Assembly (NCBI GenBank): GCA_951406725.2
Contig: OX597822.1
Coordinates: 114,576,001-114,640,000 of the forward strand
Length of the DNA: 64,000 nt
DNA from: Octopus vulgaris
Taxonomy: Eukaryota
Direction: 5' to 3'
Shown: piece by piece, positions 41,201 through 50,935 of the stretch
Layout: the number at the start of each line of letters is the position of its first letter
How positions within the stretch are numbered: position 1 is the stretch's first letter
Notes under the pieces: model-generated
Told to the model about the DNA's origin: nothing
The model's database searches: none
The model's input: only the letters and a program-made list of their open reading frames with translations
Program-made: the position numbers and the translations under genes

Positions 41201-43432
41201 TAAGTAAAACAGAACAGACATCACGCGTATAGGTGTAACTGGATTCAAGTTATATTAGTAATAATAATAATAATAATAATGTCGATGATGTTGGTTATGA
41301 TGGTGGTGATAATGGTGGTGATGATTATGATGTTGCTAATGATTATGATGATTAATGATGATCATTCATTGATGATGATGATTGATGATGATGATTAATG
41401 ATGATTGATGATGATGATGGTGCTCATGATTATGATGATCATTCATTGATGATGATGATTGATGATGATGATTGATGATGATTGATCATTGATGATGATG
41501 ATGATGATTAATGATTATTGATGATGATGATGATTAATGATGATTGATGATGATGATGGTGCTCATGATTATGATGATTATTCATTGATGATGATGATTG
41601 ATGATGATGGATGATGATGATTGATGATGATTGATGATGATGACTGATGATGATTGATCATTGATGATGATGATGATGATACATAAGTTTTATATCCATG
41701 CCATAAAATTGTTTTGCTTTCCAGACACAGACGAGTGCAAAGGAGACCCATGCGGGGGAAAGGGGAAATGCACCAACACACAAGGATCCTACACATGTGA
41801 CTGTAATGCAGGGTACGAGTTCCGCGAAACAACATGCGTTGGTAAGTAAAGCAGAACAGACATCACGCGTATAGGTGTAACTGGATTCAAGTTATATTAG
41901 TAATAATAATAATAATAATAATGTCGATGATGTTGGTGATGATGGTGGTGATAATGGTGGTGATGATTATGATGTTGCTAATGATTATGATGTTTAATGA
42001 TGATCATTCATTGATGATGATGATTGATGATGTTGATTAATGATGATTGATGATGAGGATGATGCTCATGATTATGATGATTATTCATTGATGATGATGA
42101 TTGATGATGATGGATGATGATGATTGATGATGATTGATGATGATGATTGATGATGATGATTGATGATGATTGATCATTGATGATGATGATGATGATACAA
42201 AAGATTTATATCCATGCCATAAAATTGTTTTGCTTTCCAGACACAGACGAGTGCAAAGGAGACCCATGCGGGGGAAAGGGGAAATGCACCAACACACAAG
42301 GATCCTACACATGTGACTGTAATCCAGGGTACGAGTTCCGCGAAACAACATGCGTTGGTAAGTAAAGCAGAACAGACATCACGCGTATAGGTGTAACTGG
42401 ATTCAAGTTATATTAGTAATAATAATAATAATAATAATGTCGATGATGTTGGTGATGATGGTGGTGATAATGGTGGTGATGATTATGATGTTGCTAATGA
42501 TTATGATGTTTAATGATGATCATTCATTGATGATGATGATTGATGATGTTGATTAATGATGATTGATGATGAGGATGATGCTCATGATTATGATGATTAT
42601 TCATTGATGATGATGATTGATGATGATGGATGATGATGATTGATGATGATTGATGATGATGATTGATGATGATGATTGATGATGATTGATCATTGATGAT
42701 GATGATGATGATACAAAAGATTTATATCCATGCCATAAAATTGTTTTGCTTTCCAGACACAGACGAGTGCAAAGGAGACCCATGCGGGGGAAAGGGGAAA
42801 TGCACCAACACACAAGGATCCTACACATGTGACTGTAATCCAGGGTACGAGTTCCGCGAAACAACATGCGTTGGTAAGTAAAGCAGAACAGACATCACGC
42901 GTATAGGTGTAACTGGATTCAAGTTATATTAGTAATAATAATAATAATAATAATGTCGGTGATGTTGGTGATGATGGTGGTGATAATGGTGGTGATGATT
43001 ATGATGTTGCTAATGATTATGATGATTAATGATGATCATTCATTGATGATGATGATTGATGATGATGATTAATGATGATTGATGATGATGATGGTGCTCA
43101 TGATTATGATGATCATTCATTGATGATGATGATTGATGATGATGATTGATGATGATTGATCATTGATGATGATGATGATGATTAATGATTATTGATGATG
43201 ATGATGATAATGATGATACATAAGTTTTATATCCATGCCATAAAATTGTTTTGCTTTCCAGACACAGACGAGTGCAAAGGAGACCCATGCGGGGGAAAGG
43301 GGAAATGCACCAACACACAAGGATCCTACACATGTGACTGTAATGCAGGGTACGAGTTCCGCGAAACAACATGCGTTGGTAAGTAAAGCAGAACAGACAT
43401 CACGCGTATAGGTGTAACTGGATTCAAGTTAT

Positions 43433-43496
<64 letters not shown>

Positions 43497-44976
43497 TCGA
43501 TGATGTTGGTGATGATGGCGGTGATAATGGTGGTGATGATTATGATGTTGCTAATGATTATGATGTTTAATGATGATCATTCATTGATGATGATGATTGA
43601 TGATGTTGATTAATGATGATTGATGATTATGATGCTCATGATTATGATGATCATTCATTGATGATGATGATTGATGATGATGATTGATGATGATGGATGA
43701 TGATGATTGATGATGATTGATGATGATGATTGATGATGATGATTGATGATGATTGATCATTGATGATGATGATGATGATACAAAAGATTTATATCCATGC
43801 CATAAAATTGTTTTGCTTTCCAGACACAGACGAGTGCAAAGGAGACCCATGCGGGGGAAAGGGGAAATGCACCAACACACAAGGATCCTACACATGTGTC
43901 TGTAATGCAGGGTACGAGTTCCGCGAAACAACATGCGTTGGTAAGTAAAGCAGAACAGACATCACGCGTATAGGTGTAACTGGATTCAAGATATATTAAT
44001 AATAATAATAATAATAATGTCGATGATGTTGGTGATGATGGTGGTGATAATTGTGGTGATGATTATGATGTTGCTAATGATTATGATGATTAATGATGAT
44101 CATTAATTGATGATGATGATTGATGATGTTGATTAATGATGATTGATGATGAGGATGATGCTCATGATTATGATGATTATTCATTGATGATGATGATTGA
44201 TGATGATGATTGATGATGATGGATGATGATGATTGATGATGATTGATGATGATGATTGATGATGATGATTGATGATGATTGATCATTGATGATGATGAAA
44301 GATTTATATCCATGCCATAAAATTGTTTTGCTTTCCAGACACAGACGAGTGCAAAGGAGACCCATGCGGGGGAAAGGGGAAATGCACCAACACACAAGGA
44401 TCCTACACATGTGTCTGTAATGCAGGGTACGAGTTCCGCGAAACAACATGCGTTGGTAAGTAAAGCAGAACAGACATCACGCGTATAGGTGTAACTGGAT
44501 TCAAGATATATTAATAATAATAATAATAATAATAATGTCGATGATGTTGGTGATGATGGTGGTGATAATGGTGGTGATGATTATGATGTTGCTAATGATT
44601 ATGATGATTAATGATGATCATTCATTGATGATGATGATTGATGATGATGATTAATGATGATTGATGATTATGATGCTCATGATTATGATGATCATTCATT
44701 GATGATGATGATTGATGATGATGATTGATGATGATTGATCATTGATGATGATGATGATGATACAAAAGATTTATATCCATGCCATAAAATTGTTTTGCTT
44801 TCCAGACACAGACGAGTGCAAAGGAAACCCATGCGGGGGAAAGGGGAAATGCACCAACACACAAGGATCCTACACATGTGTCTGTAATGCAGGGTACGAG
44901 TTCCGCGAAACAACATGCGTTGGTAAGTAAAGCAGAACAGACATCATGCATATAGGTGTAACTGGATTCAAGTTAT

Positions 44977-45031
<55 letters not shown>

Positions 45032-46211
45032 TTAATAATAATAATAATAATATTAATGCCAAATATCTCGAAATAACGAATGACTGGATGCTAAAGCTCG
45101 TGGAAAATCACGAGAGACGAAAGAAGCTTCGTTCTATCATAAAGGAATGCAAAAAATTTGCTATTGATCTCGTGCAGGATACCCAAACTGAACAACCGAG
45201 GGAAGTACGGCAACTATTGTTGCAAAGAAGGTGAAAATAATGGCAATGAAAAAAGCACACGAGCAATTGGCTGATAGGTGGGAGGAGAAACCTCTGCACG
45301 GCAAATATGTGGCCCGCAGCAAAGAAGCTGATGTTGACCAGAAGCAAACCCATCAGTGGCTACGGAGCTCAGGGTTAAAAGCAGAGAGTGAAAGTTTCAT
45401 CCTGGCTGCTCAAGATCAAAGCCTATTAACCCGGAACTACCAGGCCAATGTAATGAAAAATGGAGCAGACCCAAAATGCCGATTCTGCAACGACATGATT
45501 GAAACAGTGGACCACCTAATCTCTGGATGTAAAGTCTTAGCACCAGTGGAGTATAAATTAAGACAAGACAGAGTTGGCCAATATCTACACTGGCTAATAA
45601 GTCGGCATTACAATATCAAAACTGCCAACAAGTGGTATAATCACCTCCCTGAGTCTGTAACTGAAGGAGAAAAAGTAACCATTCTGTGGGACTTTCCAGT
45701 ACATACAGACCGAAACATCAAGGCCAATAAACCAGATATTGTCGTGAAAGACCAAAACAATAAAGTTTGCTTATTGATCGACATGAGCATCCCCTGTGAT
45801 CATAATATCTCAGCGAAAGAGTTTGACAAGCTCAGAAAATATAAAGACCTACTCATTGAAATTGAGAAAATGTGGCATCTCAAGGCGGTTACAATACCAG
45901 TGATCGTAGGAGCACTAGGAATGATCAAGAAGGGAACCGAAAATTATATGCGAATGATCCCTGGCTTACCATCCCTGCAAGAAGTGCAAAAGATTGTCTT
46001 AGCTGGTACATCACACGTATTGAGAAGAGCATTGTCGATGTGAGAACTGTTGCTGCTCATGTATTTTAATTTAACTTAAAAAAAAAAAAATGAACGAACT
46101 ATTGAGTTTGGTTTAATGGCCTACCAATGTATACTATGAGTTTCTTTGCCCTAGGAGTCGGGAAGACACTCGGCAAGAAATGGAAGCAAATTTGAAAGAA
46201 GAAAAAAATAA

Positions 46212-46247
<36 letters not shown>

Positions 46248-46596
46248 TCAATGATGTTGATGATAATGGTGGTGATGATTATGATGTTGCTAATGATTAT
46301 GATGATTAATGATGATTCTTCATTGATGATGATGATTAATGATGATTGATGATTAATGATGATGATGATGATAATGATGATACATAAGATTTATATCCAT
46401 GCCATAAAATTGTTTTACTTTCCAGACACAGACGAGTGCACAGGAGACCCATGCGGGGGAAAGGGGAAATGCACCAACACACAAGGATCCTACACATGTG
46501 ACTGTAATGCAGGGTACGAGTTCCGCGAATCAACATGCGTTGGTAAGTAAAGCAGAACAGACATCACGCGTATAGGTGTAACTGGATTCAAGTTAT

Positions 46597-46631
<35 letters not shown>

Positions 46632-48565
46632 GTCTTTTGATAGCCTACCACATAGCTGGATTAGGAAATGCCTGGAAATGTATAAGATAGCACCTACTCT
46701 GCAAAACTTTTTCACTGTAAGTATGAGATCATGGAGAACCACACTAACTCTGAACAGTGACAATGAATCCCTAAATGCTGGTGATGTAAAAATTTTGTGT
46801 GGCATTTTCCAGGGTGACTCACTGTCACCACTCCTCTTTTGTTTAGCCTTAATACCTCTCTCAAAACTGCTCAATGACGCGCAGTACGGGTATAAAATGT
46901 TGGATAAAAATATAAATCATCCCATTTACATGGATGATTTAAAGCTCTTTTCAAAAAATGACCAACAACTCAAGGGCTTACTAGCGATAGTCAAACAATT
47001 CAGTGACGACATCAGAATGCAATTCGGCCTCGATAAATGTGCAAAAGCTACCTTTATCAAAGGAAAAATGACAGAAACATTTGACGTTAACCTTGACCAG
47101 CAGAATGTCATAAAAGAACTAGACCCAGCGGAGAGCTACAAGTACCTAGGGGTAATTGAAGGGAACGGAATAAGGCATTCAGAGATGAAGGAAAGGATCA
47201 GGAGAGAATGTTATCGAAGAGTGAGAGCAATACTGAAGACAGAGCTGAATGCAAGAAACAGGATCGAAGTGAACAATGCATTAGCCATACCAGTTGTGAC
47301 TTACAGTTTCAATATCGTTAACTGGTCAATTACTGAAATATGTCAGCTTGACAGAAAAATAAGAAAACTGTTGACAATGCATAGAATGCACCACCCTAAG
47401 GCAGATACAGAATGACTTTATCTGCCAAGAAAAGAGGGAGGCCATGGTCTTTTGCAACTGGCAATAACAATGAAGATTGCTACAATTGGCCTAGACACCT
47501 ACCTGAAAAAGTGTGAGGACTGGATGTTAAAACTTGTCTCAAAACATGAAAACAAGAAAGCATCATACTCAGTAACAAAACAGGCAAAGGAATATCTAAG
47601 TGAATTCTGAATACAACAAATTTCGGAATTAGAGATAGACATACAAGAAACAAGCACAGAAAAAGCTAAACGCATGAAAACCCGTGCCAAAACTGTGGCC
47701 TTAGATATTCTGAATAATAAATGGCAAGAAAAACCTCTCTATGGCAAATACCCAAAGAGAGCAAATAATGCAGATATTGATAAAGCCCTGACCCATCAAT
47801 GGCTAATGGCCTCTGGCTTAAAATCTGAAACAGAAGGGTTTATCATAGCAGCTCAAGATCAATGCCTACCAACAAGAAACTACCAGGCCAACATATTAAA
47901 GAACGGCAGTAGCCCAACATGTCGTGTATGCCGACAAAATGAAACCATTGATCATGTTGTCTCCAAATGCAGTCTTCTAGCACTGAAAACTAAAACAATA
48001 CCTGTTGTCATAGGTGCCCTGGGAATGATAGCGAAAGGGGCTGATTGCTACCTAACTCAGATACCAGGAAACCCCAAAATGGCAGAAATTCAAAAGATAG
48101 TGCTCATGGGAACTGCTCATATCCTACGCAAAATACTCTCTATGTAATCCCAAGGTTTGAAACAAACTTTTTTTTTAAACTATGTATTAGACATTCACTA
48201 GAACAACACCAAAAAAAACCCAAATATATGGCACACTGGGCATAACAACAACGTGAACTTCCAACCTGTTGTCTCCTGAAGTCTCTGGGTGAGACTTGGA
48301 GCCAACTTGTACAGACATAAAGCAAAAGTCAAACATAGAATAATAATAATAATAATAATAATAATCCTCTCTACTATAGGCTCAAGGACTGAAATTTTGG
48401 GGGTGGGGACTAGTCGATTACATTGACCCCACTGTTTCAGTGGTACTTAATTTATCAACCTCGAAAGGATGAAAGGCAAAGTCGACCACGGAACGTAACG
48501 ACAGACGAAATTACAGCTACGCATTTCGCCCGGCGTGCTAACGTTTCTGCCAGCTCGCCGCCTTC

Positions 48566-48628
<63 letters not shown>

Positions 48629-50014
48629 TAATAATAATATTAATAATAATAATAATAATGATAATAATAATAATGATAATAATAATGATAATAATAATAA
48701 TAATAATAATAATGATAATAATAATAATAATAATAATGATAATAATAATAATAATAATAATAATGACAACTTCTGTCACTTTCCAGGGAGAAAAACTAGA
48801 AATAGTTGATAGTTTCCGTTACCTAGGTGACCAAGTCAGCAGCGGGGGCGGGTGTGCTGAAAGTGTAACTGCTAGAGTAAGAATAGCTTGGGCAAAGTTC
48901 AGAGAGCTCTTACCTCTGCTGGTGACAAAAGGCCTCTCGCACAGAGTGAAAGGCAGACTGTATGATGCGTGTGTACGAACAGCCATGCTACATGGCAGTG
49001 AAACATGGGCCGTGACTGCTGAGGATATGCGTAAGCTCGCTAGAAATGAAGCCAGTATGCTCCGATGGATGTGTAATGCCAGTACTCACACTCGGCAGAG
49101 TGTAAGTACCTTGAGAGAAAAGCTGGACCTAAGAAGCATCAGTTGTGGTGTGCAAGAGAGACGTTTGCGCTGGTATGGTCATGTGGCGAGAATGGATGAA
49201 GATAGTTGTGTGAAAAAGTGCCACACCCTAGCGGTTGAGGGAACCTGTGGAAGAGGCAGACCCAGGAAAACCTGGGACGAGGTGGTGAAGCACGACCTTC
49301 GAACTTTAGGTCTCACCGAGGAAATGACTAGAGACCGAGACCTCTGGAAGTGTGCTGTGCGCGAGAAGACCCGGCAGGACAAGTGAGTCCACAACCCGTG
49401 GCCTTCTACATGGGATGGAGCCAGCCTACGTATGCATACCTTCCCTTCTTGGGACACAAAACTCTACTTGTGAAGACGTGTTGAGGCAAGTGAGGATCAG
49501 AATCGAAATCGATCAATGGAAATTGCGGATGTGCTACCAGTGCCGGTGGCATGTCGAAACTCTGCTTGTGAAGACCCATTGAGGCAAGTGAGGATCAGAA
49601 TCGAAATCGATCAATGGAAATCGATCAATGGAAATTGCAGATGTGTTACCAGTGCCGGTGGCATGTAAGAGAACCTTCCGTTTCGCGACCGTTGCCAGCA
49701 CCGCCCCGTTTCGTGTTCGTTGCCAGCCTCGCCTGGCCCTCGTGCCGGTGGCACATAAAAAACACCATCCGTTCGTGGCCGTTTGCCAGCTCTGGCTGGC
49801 ACCAGTGCGGGTGGCACGTAAAAAGCACCCACTACACTCACGGAGTGGTTGGCGTTAGGAAGGGCATCCAGCCGTAGAAACACTGCCAGATTTGACTGGG
49901 CCTGATGAAGCCTTCTGGCTTCACAGACCCCAGCAGAACCGTCCAACCCATGCTAGCATGGAAAACGGACGCTAAATGATGATGATGATGATGATGATGA
50001 TAATAATAATAATG

Positions 50015-50084
<70 letters not shown>

Positions 50085-50128
50085 TAATAATAATGATAAT
50101 AATAATAATAATGATAATAATAATAATG

Positions 50129-50187
<59 letters not shown>

Positions 50188-50360
50188 GTATCTGTTTTGT
50201 ATACAAGCAATTGTTGCTTTCTTTTCCAGATATAGACGAGTGTAAATATGTAGCGTGTGCTAAAAACAAACACAGGATATGCATCAACACTATAGGATCT
50301 TACGAATGTCGCTGTAAGCAAGGCTTCCATTTTCAAGGGAAGTCATGTGTTGAAAAGTAG
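17203..50360 (+). CDS. Spliced gene (22 coding exons, ~860 aa): secreted protein, signal peptide + EMI-like domain + 19 calcium-binding EGF repeats, no TM segment seen
   Basis: All exons have AG/GT boundaries and compatible phases: exon1 ends phase 2, exon2 is 2-2, exon3 is 2-1, EGF exons are 1-1. The joined translation gives [20 protein letters not shown]..., ICRWTC...CYKCCRGW...C, then D-x-[DN]-E-C...C-x-N-x-x-G-S-Y-x-C-x-C repeats. Two array exons are 116 nt as assembled. Confidence 0.85.
17690..17895 (-). mobile_element. Family 3 short element
   Basis: Matches an arm of 9035-9296. Confidence 0.75.
18286..19500 (-). mobile_element. Decayed L1/Tx1-like ORF2 N-terminal region (AP endonuclease)
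   Basis: [24 protein letters not shown] motifs across frameshifts. Confidence 0.6.
19725..21230 (+). mobile_element. CR1-group LINE 3' end followed by tandem copies of its own tail
   Basis: [41 protein letters not shown]...WN.LP; tail units start at 20001, 20334 and 20669. Confidence 0.88.
21470..21848 (+). mobile_element. SINE family 1
   Basis: Near copy of 6162-6600. Confidence 0.88.
21910..22200 (+). mobile_element. SINE family 2
   Basis: Near copy of 2674-2959. Confidence 0.88.
22458..23163 (-). mobile_element. SINE family 1 split by an AT-rich insertion (about 22700-22975) in its internal microsatellite
   Basis: 3' half at 22458-22695, 5' half at 23000-23163; the insert matches the repeat tail at 31226-31335. 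Confidence 0.8.
24631..24723 (+). ncRNA. Hammerhead-like motif in AT-rich repeat (about 24390-24995), reverse-complement relative of about 190-575
   Basis: CTGAAGA ...TGTAACCA/TGGTTACA stem... GAAA C GATC GTA. Confidence 0.55.
25020..25480 (+). mobile_element. CR1/L2-group LINE 3' fragment
   Basis: [32 protein letters not shown]. Confidence 0.85.
25864..25947 (+). CDS. Exon 2: first half of EMI-like domain ([29 protein letters not shown])
   Basis: Polypyrimidine tract + CAG acceptor, 84 nt, phase 2-2, open in the frame set by exon 1, donor GTAAAT. Not in the ORF track. Confidence 0.8.
26300..26638 (-). mobile_element. RTE 5' UTR-type repeat
   Basis: Reverse complement of 27205-27540; similar to 700-940. 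Confidence 0.8.
26657..27188. mobile_element. MITE-like element with ~175-bp inverted arms in (TA)n
   Basis: Arms 26657-26832 and 27013-27188; a solo related arm at about 14745-14850. Confidence 0.85.
27205..27606 (+). mobile_element. RTE 5' UTR-type repeat
   Basis: Matches 700-1000, which leads into the RTE endonuclease ORF. Confidence 0.8.
27713..27856. repeat. Hairpin with 65-bp arms and a 14-nt loop
   Basis: 27713-27777 versus 27792-27856, two mismatches. Confidence 0.9.
28553..28662 (-). ncRNA. Type-I hammerhead ribozyme motif (mirror copy)
   Basis: Exact reverse complement of 29234-29343. Confidence 0.8.
29234..29343 (+). ncRNA. Type-I hammerhead ribozyme motif with canonical core and long stem II
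   Basis: TCT CTGAAGA GGC...GCC GAAA C-AGCT-G TC AGA; predicted cleavage after C29340. Confidence 0.8.
29719..30212. mobile_element. Mariner-derived fold-back element built from the transposase 3' end
   Basis: [43 protein letters not shown] on +, mirrored on -; arms about 29750-29958 and 30009-30212. Confidence 0.8.
30590..30812 (-). mobile_element. SINE family 1, 3' half
   Basis: Similar to 6400-6600. Confidence 0.75.
31577..31640 (-). ncRNA. Hammerhead motif (mirror copy)
   Basis: CAC CTGATGA ATGACTGT...ACAGCCAT GAAA C GATC GTA GAG. Confidence 0.7.
31678..31741 (+). ncRNA. Type-I hammerhead ribozyme motif with canonical core
   Basis: CAC CTGATGA ATG...CAT GAAA C-GATC-G TA GTG; predicted cleavage after A31738. 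Confidence 0.78.
31898..32099 (+). mobile_element. Third copy of the ~200-bp hammerhead-like repeat
   Basis: Reverse complement of 12210-12414. Confidence 0.8.
32137..32473. mobile_element. SINE family 1 head (-) and RTE 3' tail ending in (GAT)n (+)
   Basis: 32311-32473 matches 49838-50000. Confidence 0.75.
32945..33021 (+). CDS. Exon 3: second half of EMI-like domain ([25 protein letters not shown])
   Basis: Long pyrimidine tract + AACAG acceptor, 77 nt, phase 2-1, CCxGW motif typical of the EMI domain end, donor GTAAGA. Confidence 0.85.
33692..33808 (+). CDS. EGF exon 1 ([39 protein letters not shown])
   Basis: TTTCCAG acceptor, 117 nt, GTAAGT donor, cbEGF consensus. Confidence 0.9.
33967..34333 (+). 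mobile_element. R4/Dong 3' fragment in the intron after EGF exon 1
   Basis: [45 protein letters not shown]; (TAA)n flanks. Confidence 0.85.
34362..34900 (+). mobile_element. Second R4/Dong 3' fragment in the same intron
   Basis: Same family with a different 5' truncation; starts at (TAA)n. Confidence 0.85.
35015..35131 (+). CDS. EGF exon 2 ([39 protein letters not shown])
   Basis: TTTCCAG / GTAAGT, 117 nt, cbEGF consensus. Confidence 0.9.
35240..37410 (+). mobile_element. 5'-truncated R4/Dong element (copy A1) after EGF exon 2
   Basis: [51 protein letters not shown]; (TAA)n flanks. Confidence 0.92.
37645..37761 (+). CDS. EGF exon 3 (array type [10 protein letters not shown])
   Basis: CAG / GTAAGT, 117 nt. 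Confidence 0.88.
38112..38228 (+). CDS. EGF exon 4
   Basis: CAG / GTAAGT, 117 nt. Confidence 0.88.
38650..38765 (+). CDS. EGF exon 5 (116 nt; one G missing in a G run)
   Basis: Splice sites intact; GGGGGAAAGGGAAA instead of GGGGGAAAGGGGAAA. Confidence 0.65.
39184..39297 (+). CDS. EGF exon 6 (114 nt; 3 G missing, frame restored)
   Basis: Splice sites intact; reads CGERKC instead of CGGKGKC. Confidence 0.7.
39684..39800 (+). CDS. EGF exon 7
   Basis: CAG / GTAAGT, 117 nt. Confidence 0.88.
40139..40255 (+). CDS. EGF exon 8
   Basis: CAG / GTAAGT, 117 nt. Confidence 0.88.
40581..40696 (+). CDS. EGF exon 9 (116 nt; frameshift in G runs)
   Basis: Splice sites intact; GGGGAAACGGGAAA. Confidence 0.65.
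41083..41199 (+). CDS. EGF exon 10
   Basis: CAG / GTAAGT, 117 nt. Confidence 0.88.
41725..41841 (+). CDS. EGF exon 11
   Basis: CAG / GTAAGT, 117 nt. Confidence 0.88.
42241..42357 (+). CDS. EGF exon 12
   Basis: CAG / GTAAGT, 117 nt. Confidence 0.88.
42757..42873 (+). CDS. EGF exon 13
   Basis: CAG / GTAAGT, 117 nt; its 516-bp unit looks identical to that of exon 12. Confidence 0.85.
43262..43378 (+). CDS. EGF exon 14
   Basis: CAG / GTAAGT, 117 nt. Confidence 0.88.
43824..43940 (+). CDS. EGF exon 15
   Basis: CAG / GTAAGT, 117 nt. Confidence 0.88.
44339..44455 (+). CDS. EGF exon 16
   Basis: CAG / GTAAGT, 117 nt; not listed as a + ORF in the track. Confidence 0.88.
44806..44922 (+). CDS. EGF exon 17 (ECKGNPC variant)
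   Basis: CAG / GTAAGT, 117 nt. Confidence 0.88.
45057..46210 (+). mobile_element. R4/Dong 3' part after EGF exon 17 (related to 3157-5295)
   Basis: Open CCHC + RLE region ([30 protein letters not shown]); (TAA)n flanks. Confidence 0.92.
46426..46542 (+). CDS. EGF exon 18 (ECTGDPC...RESTCV variant)
   Basis: CAG / GTAAGT, 117 nt. Confidence 0.88.
46627..48339 (+). mobile_element. R4/Dong copy A2 after EGF exon 18, with an internal deletion of the RLE region
   Basis: Near-identical to 35240-37410 with the same 5' and 3' ends. Confidence 0.92.
48770..50000 (+). mobile_element. RTE-clade LINE 3' part with (GAT)n tail
   Basis: VDSFRYLG...[39 protein letters not shown]; ~100-bp tandem duplication in the 3' UTR. 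Confidence 0.92.
50230..50360 (+). CDS. Terminal EGF exon 19 ([43 protein letters not shown])
   Basis: CTTTTCCAG acceptor, phase 1, cbEGF consensus, no GT donor after the last Cys, in-frame TAG at 50358-50360. Confidence 0.85.
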
Positions 50361-50396
50361 AAGAGAAACAGCAACAACAGCAACACACACATATAC

Positions 50397-50935
50397 CTAC
50401 TGTTTACGACGTTTAACATTTCGATAGAAGATCCATTTTTTGTCACCTGTCACAAGTCTATACAAAAAGGGTGAAATGAGTTCGCGAGAATGGAGAGAAG
50501 AGCAGATGTCAACTCGGGATTTGCGGTTGCTTTCGGACAATTCATTAGGCATCCATTTTCCAAGTTTAGGAACTTTACCAATTTGTTGAAGATGACGATG
50601 AACATTTGTATGGTTTGAACTAAGCTTTATTGCCAATTCTTCAACTGATAATGCAGGATTTTCTTCAAGTAATGCCTCGAGGAGATTATCATCAACCTCA
50701 GCTGGACATTCTGTTCGATCTTCATCTTCAAGGCTGAAACCACTTTCTGTAAGTTCTTTCATTCAAACATTCCTTCCAATAAACTGAGTGTGTGTTTTGA
50801 ATCACTTCGGCTGCAGAGTTTCCTTTTTTGTACTCATAAAGCATTATGTGCCTCAAATGCTCTTTGTCAGAAAGGGTGTCAATCTAACAAATTTTAATTC
50901 TATTATGCTGTAAAATAATATTTAATTAGTTTAAA
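50397..50935 (-). mobile_element. Mariner transposase fragment
   Basis: LEDEDR..P.EVDD, ELA..L, KLGKW.P.EL, RLVTGD.KWIFY.N. Confidence 0.85.

Larger units (their letters stand above)
37411..45056 (+). repeat. Tandem exon-intron minisatellite: 15 units of (TAA)n + degenerate (GAT)n + acceptor + EGF exon + donor
   Basis: Exon-to-exon spacing is 442-642 bp; flanks AGATTTATATCCATGCCATAAAATTGTTTT and GTAAGTAAAGCAGAACAGACATCACGCGTATAGGTGTAACTGGATTCAAG are near-invariant. Confidence 0.97.

Noticed and set aside
37411-45056. CRISPR-like or Dscam-like mutually exclusive array
   Set aside because: The constant parts are spliceable EGF exons and the variable parts are GAT microsatellite. The exons are nearly identical, so mutually exclusive choice would add almost no diversity.
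37513-46536. Repeated minus-strand ORFs ([11 protein letters not shown]...)
   Set aside because: Antisense shadows of the EGF exons running into (ATC)n.
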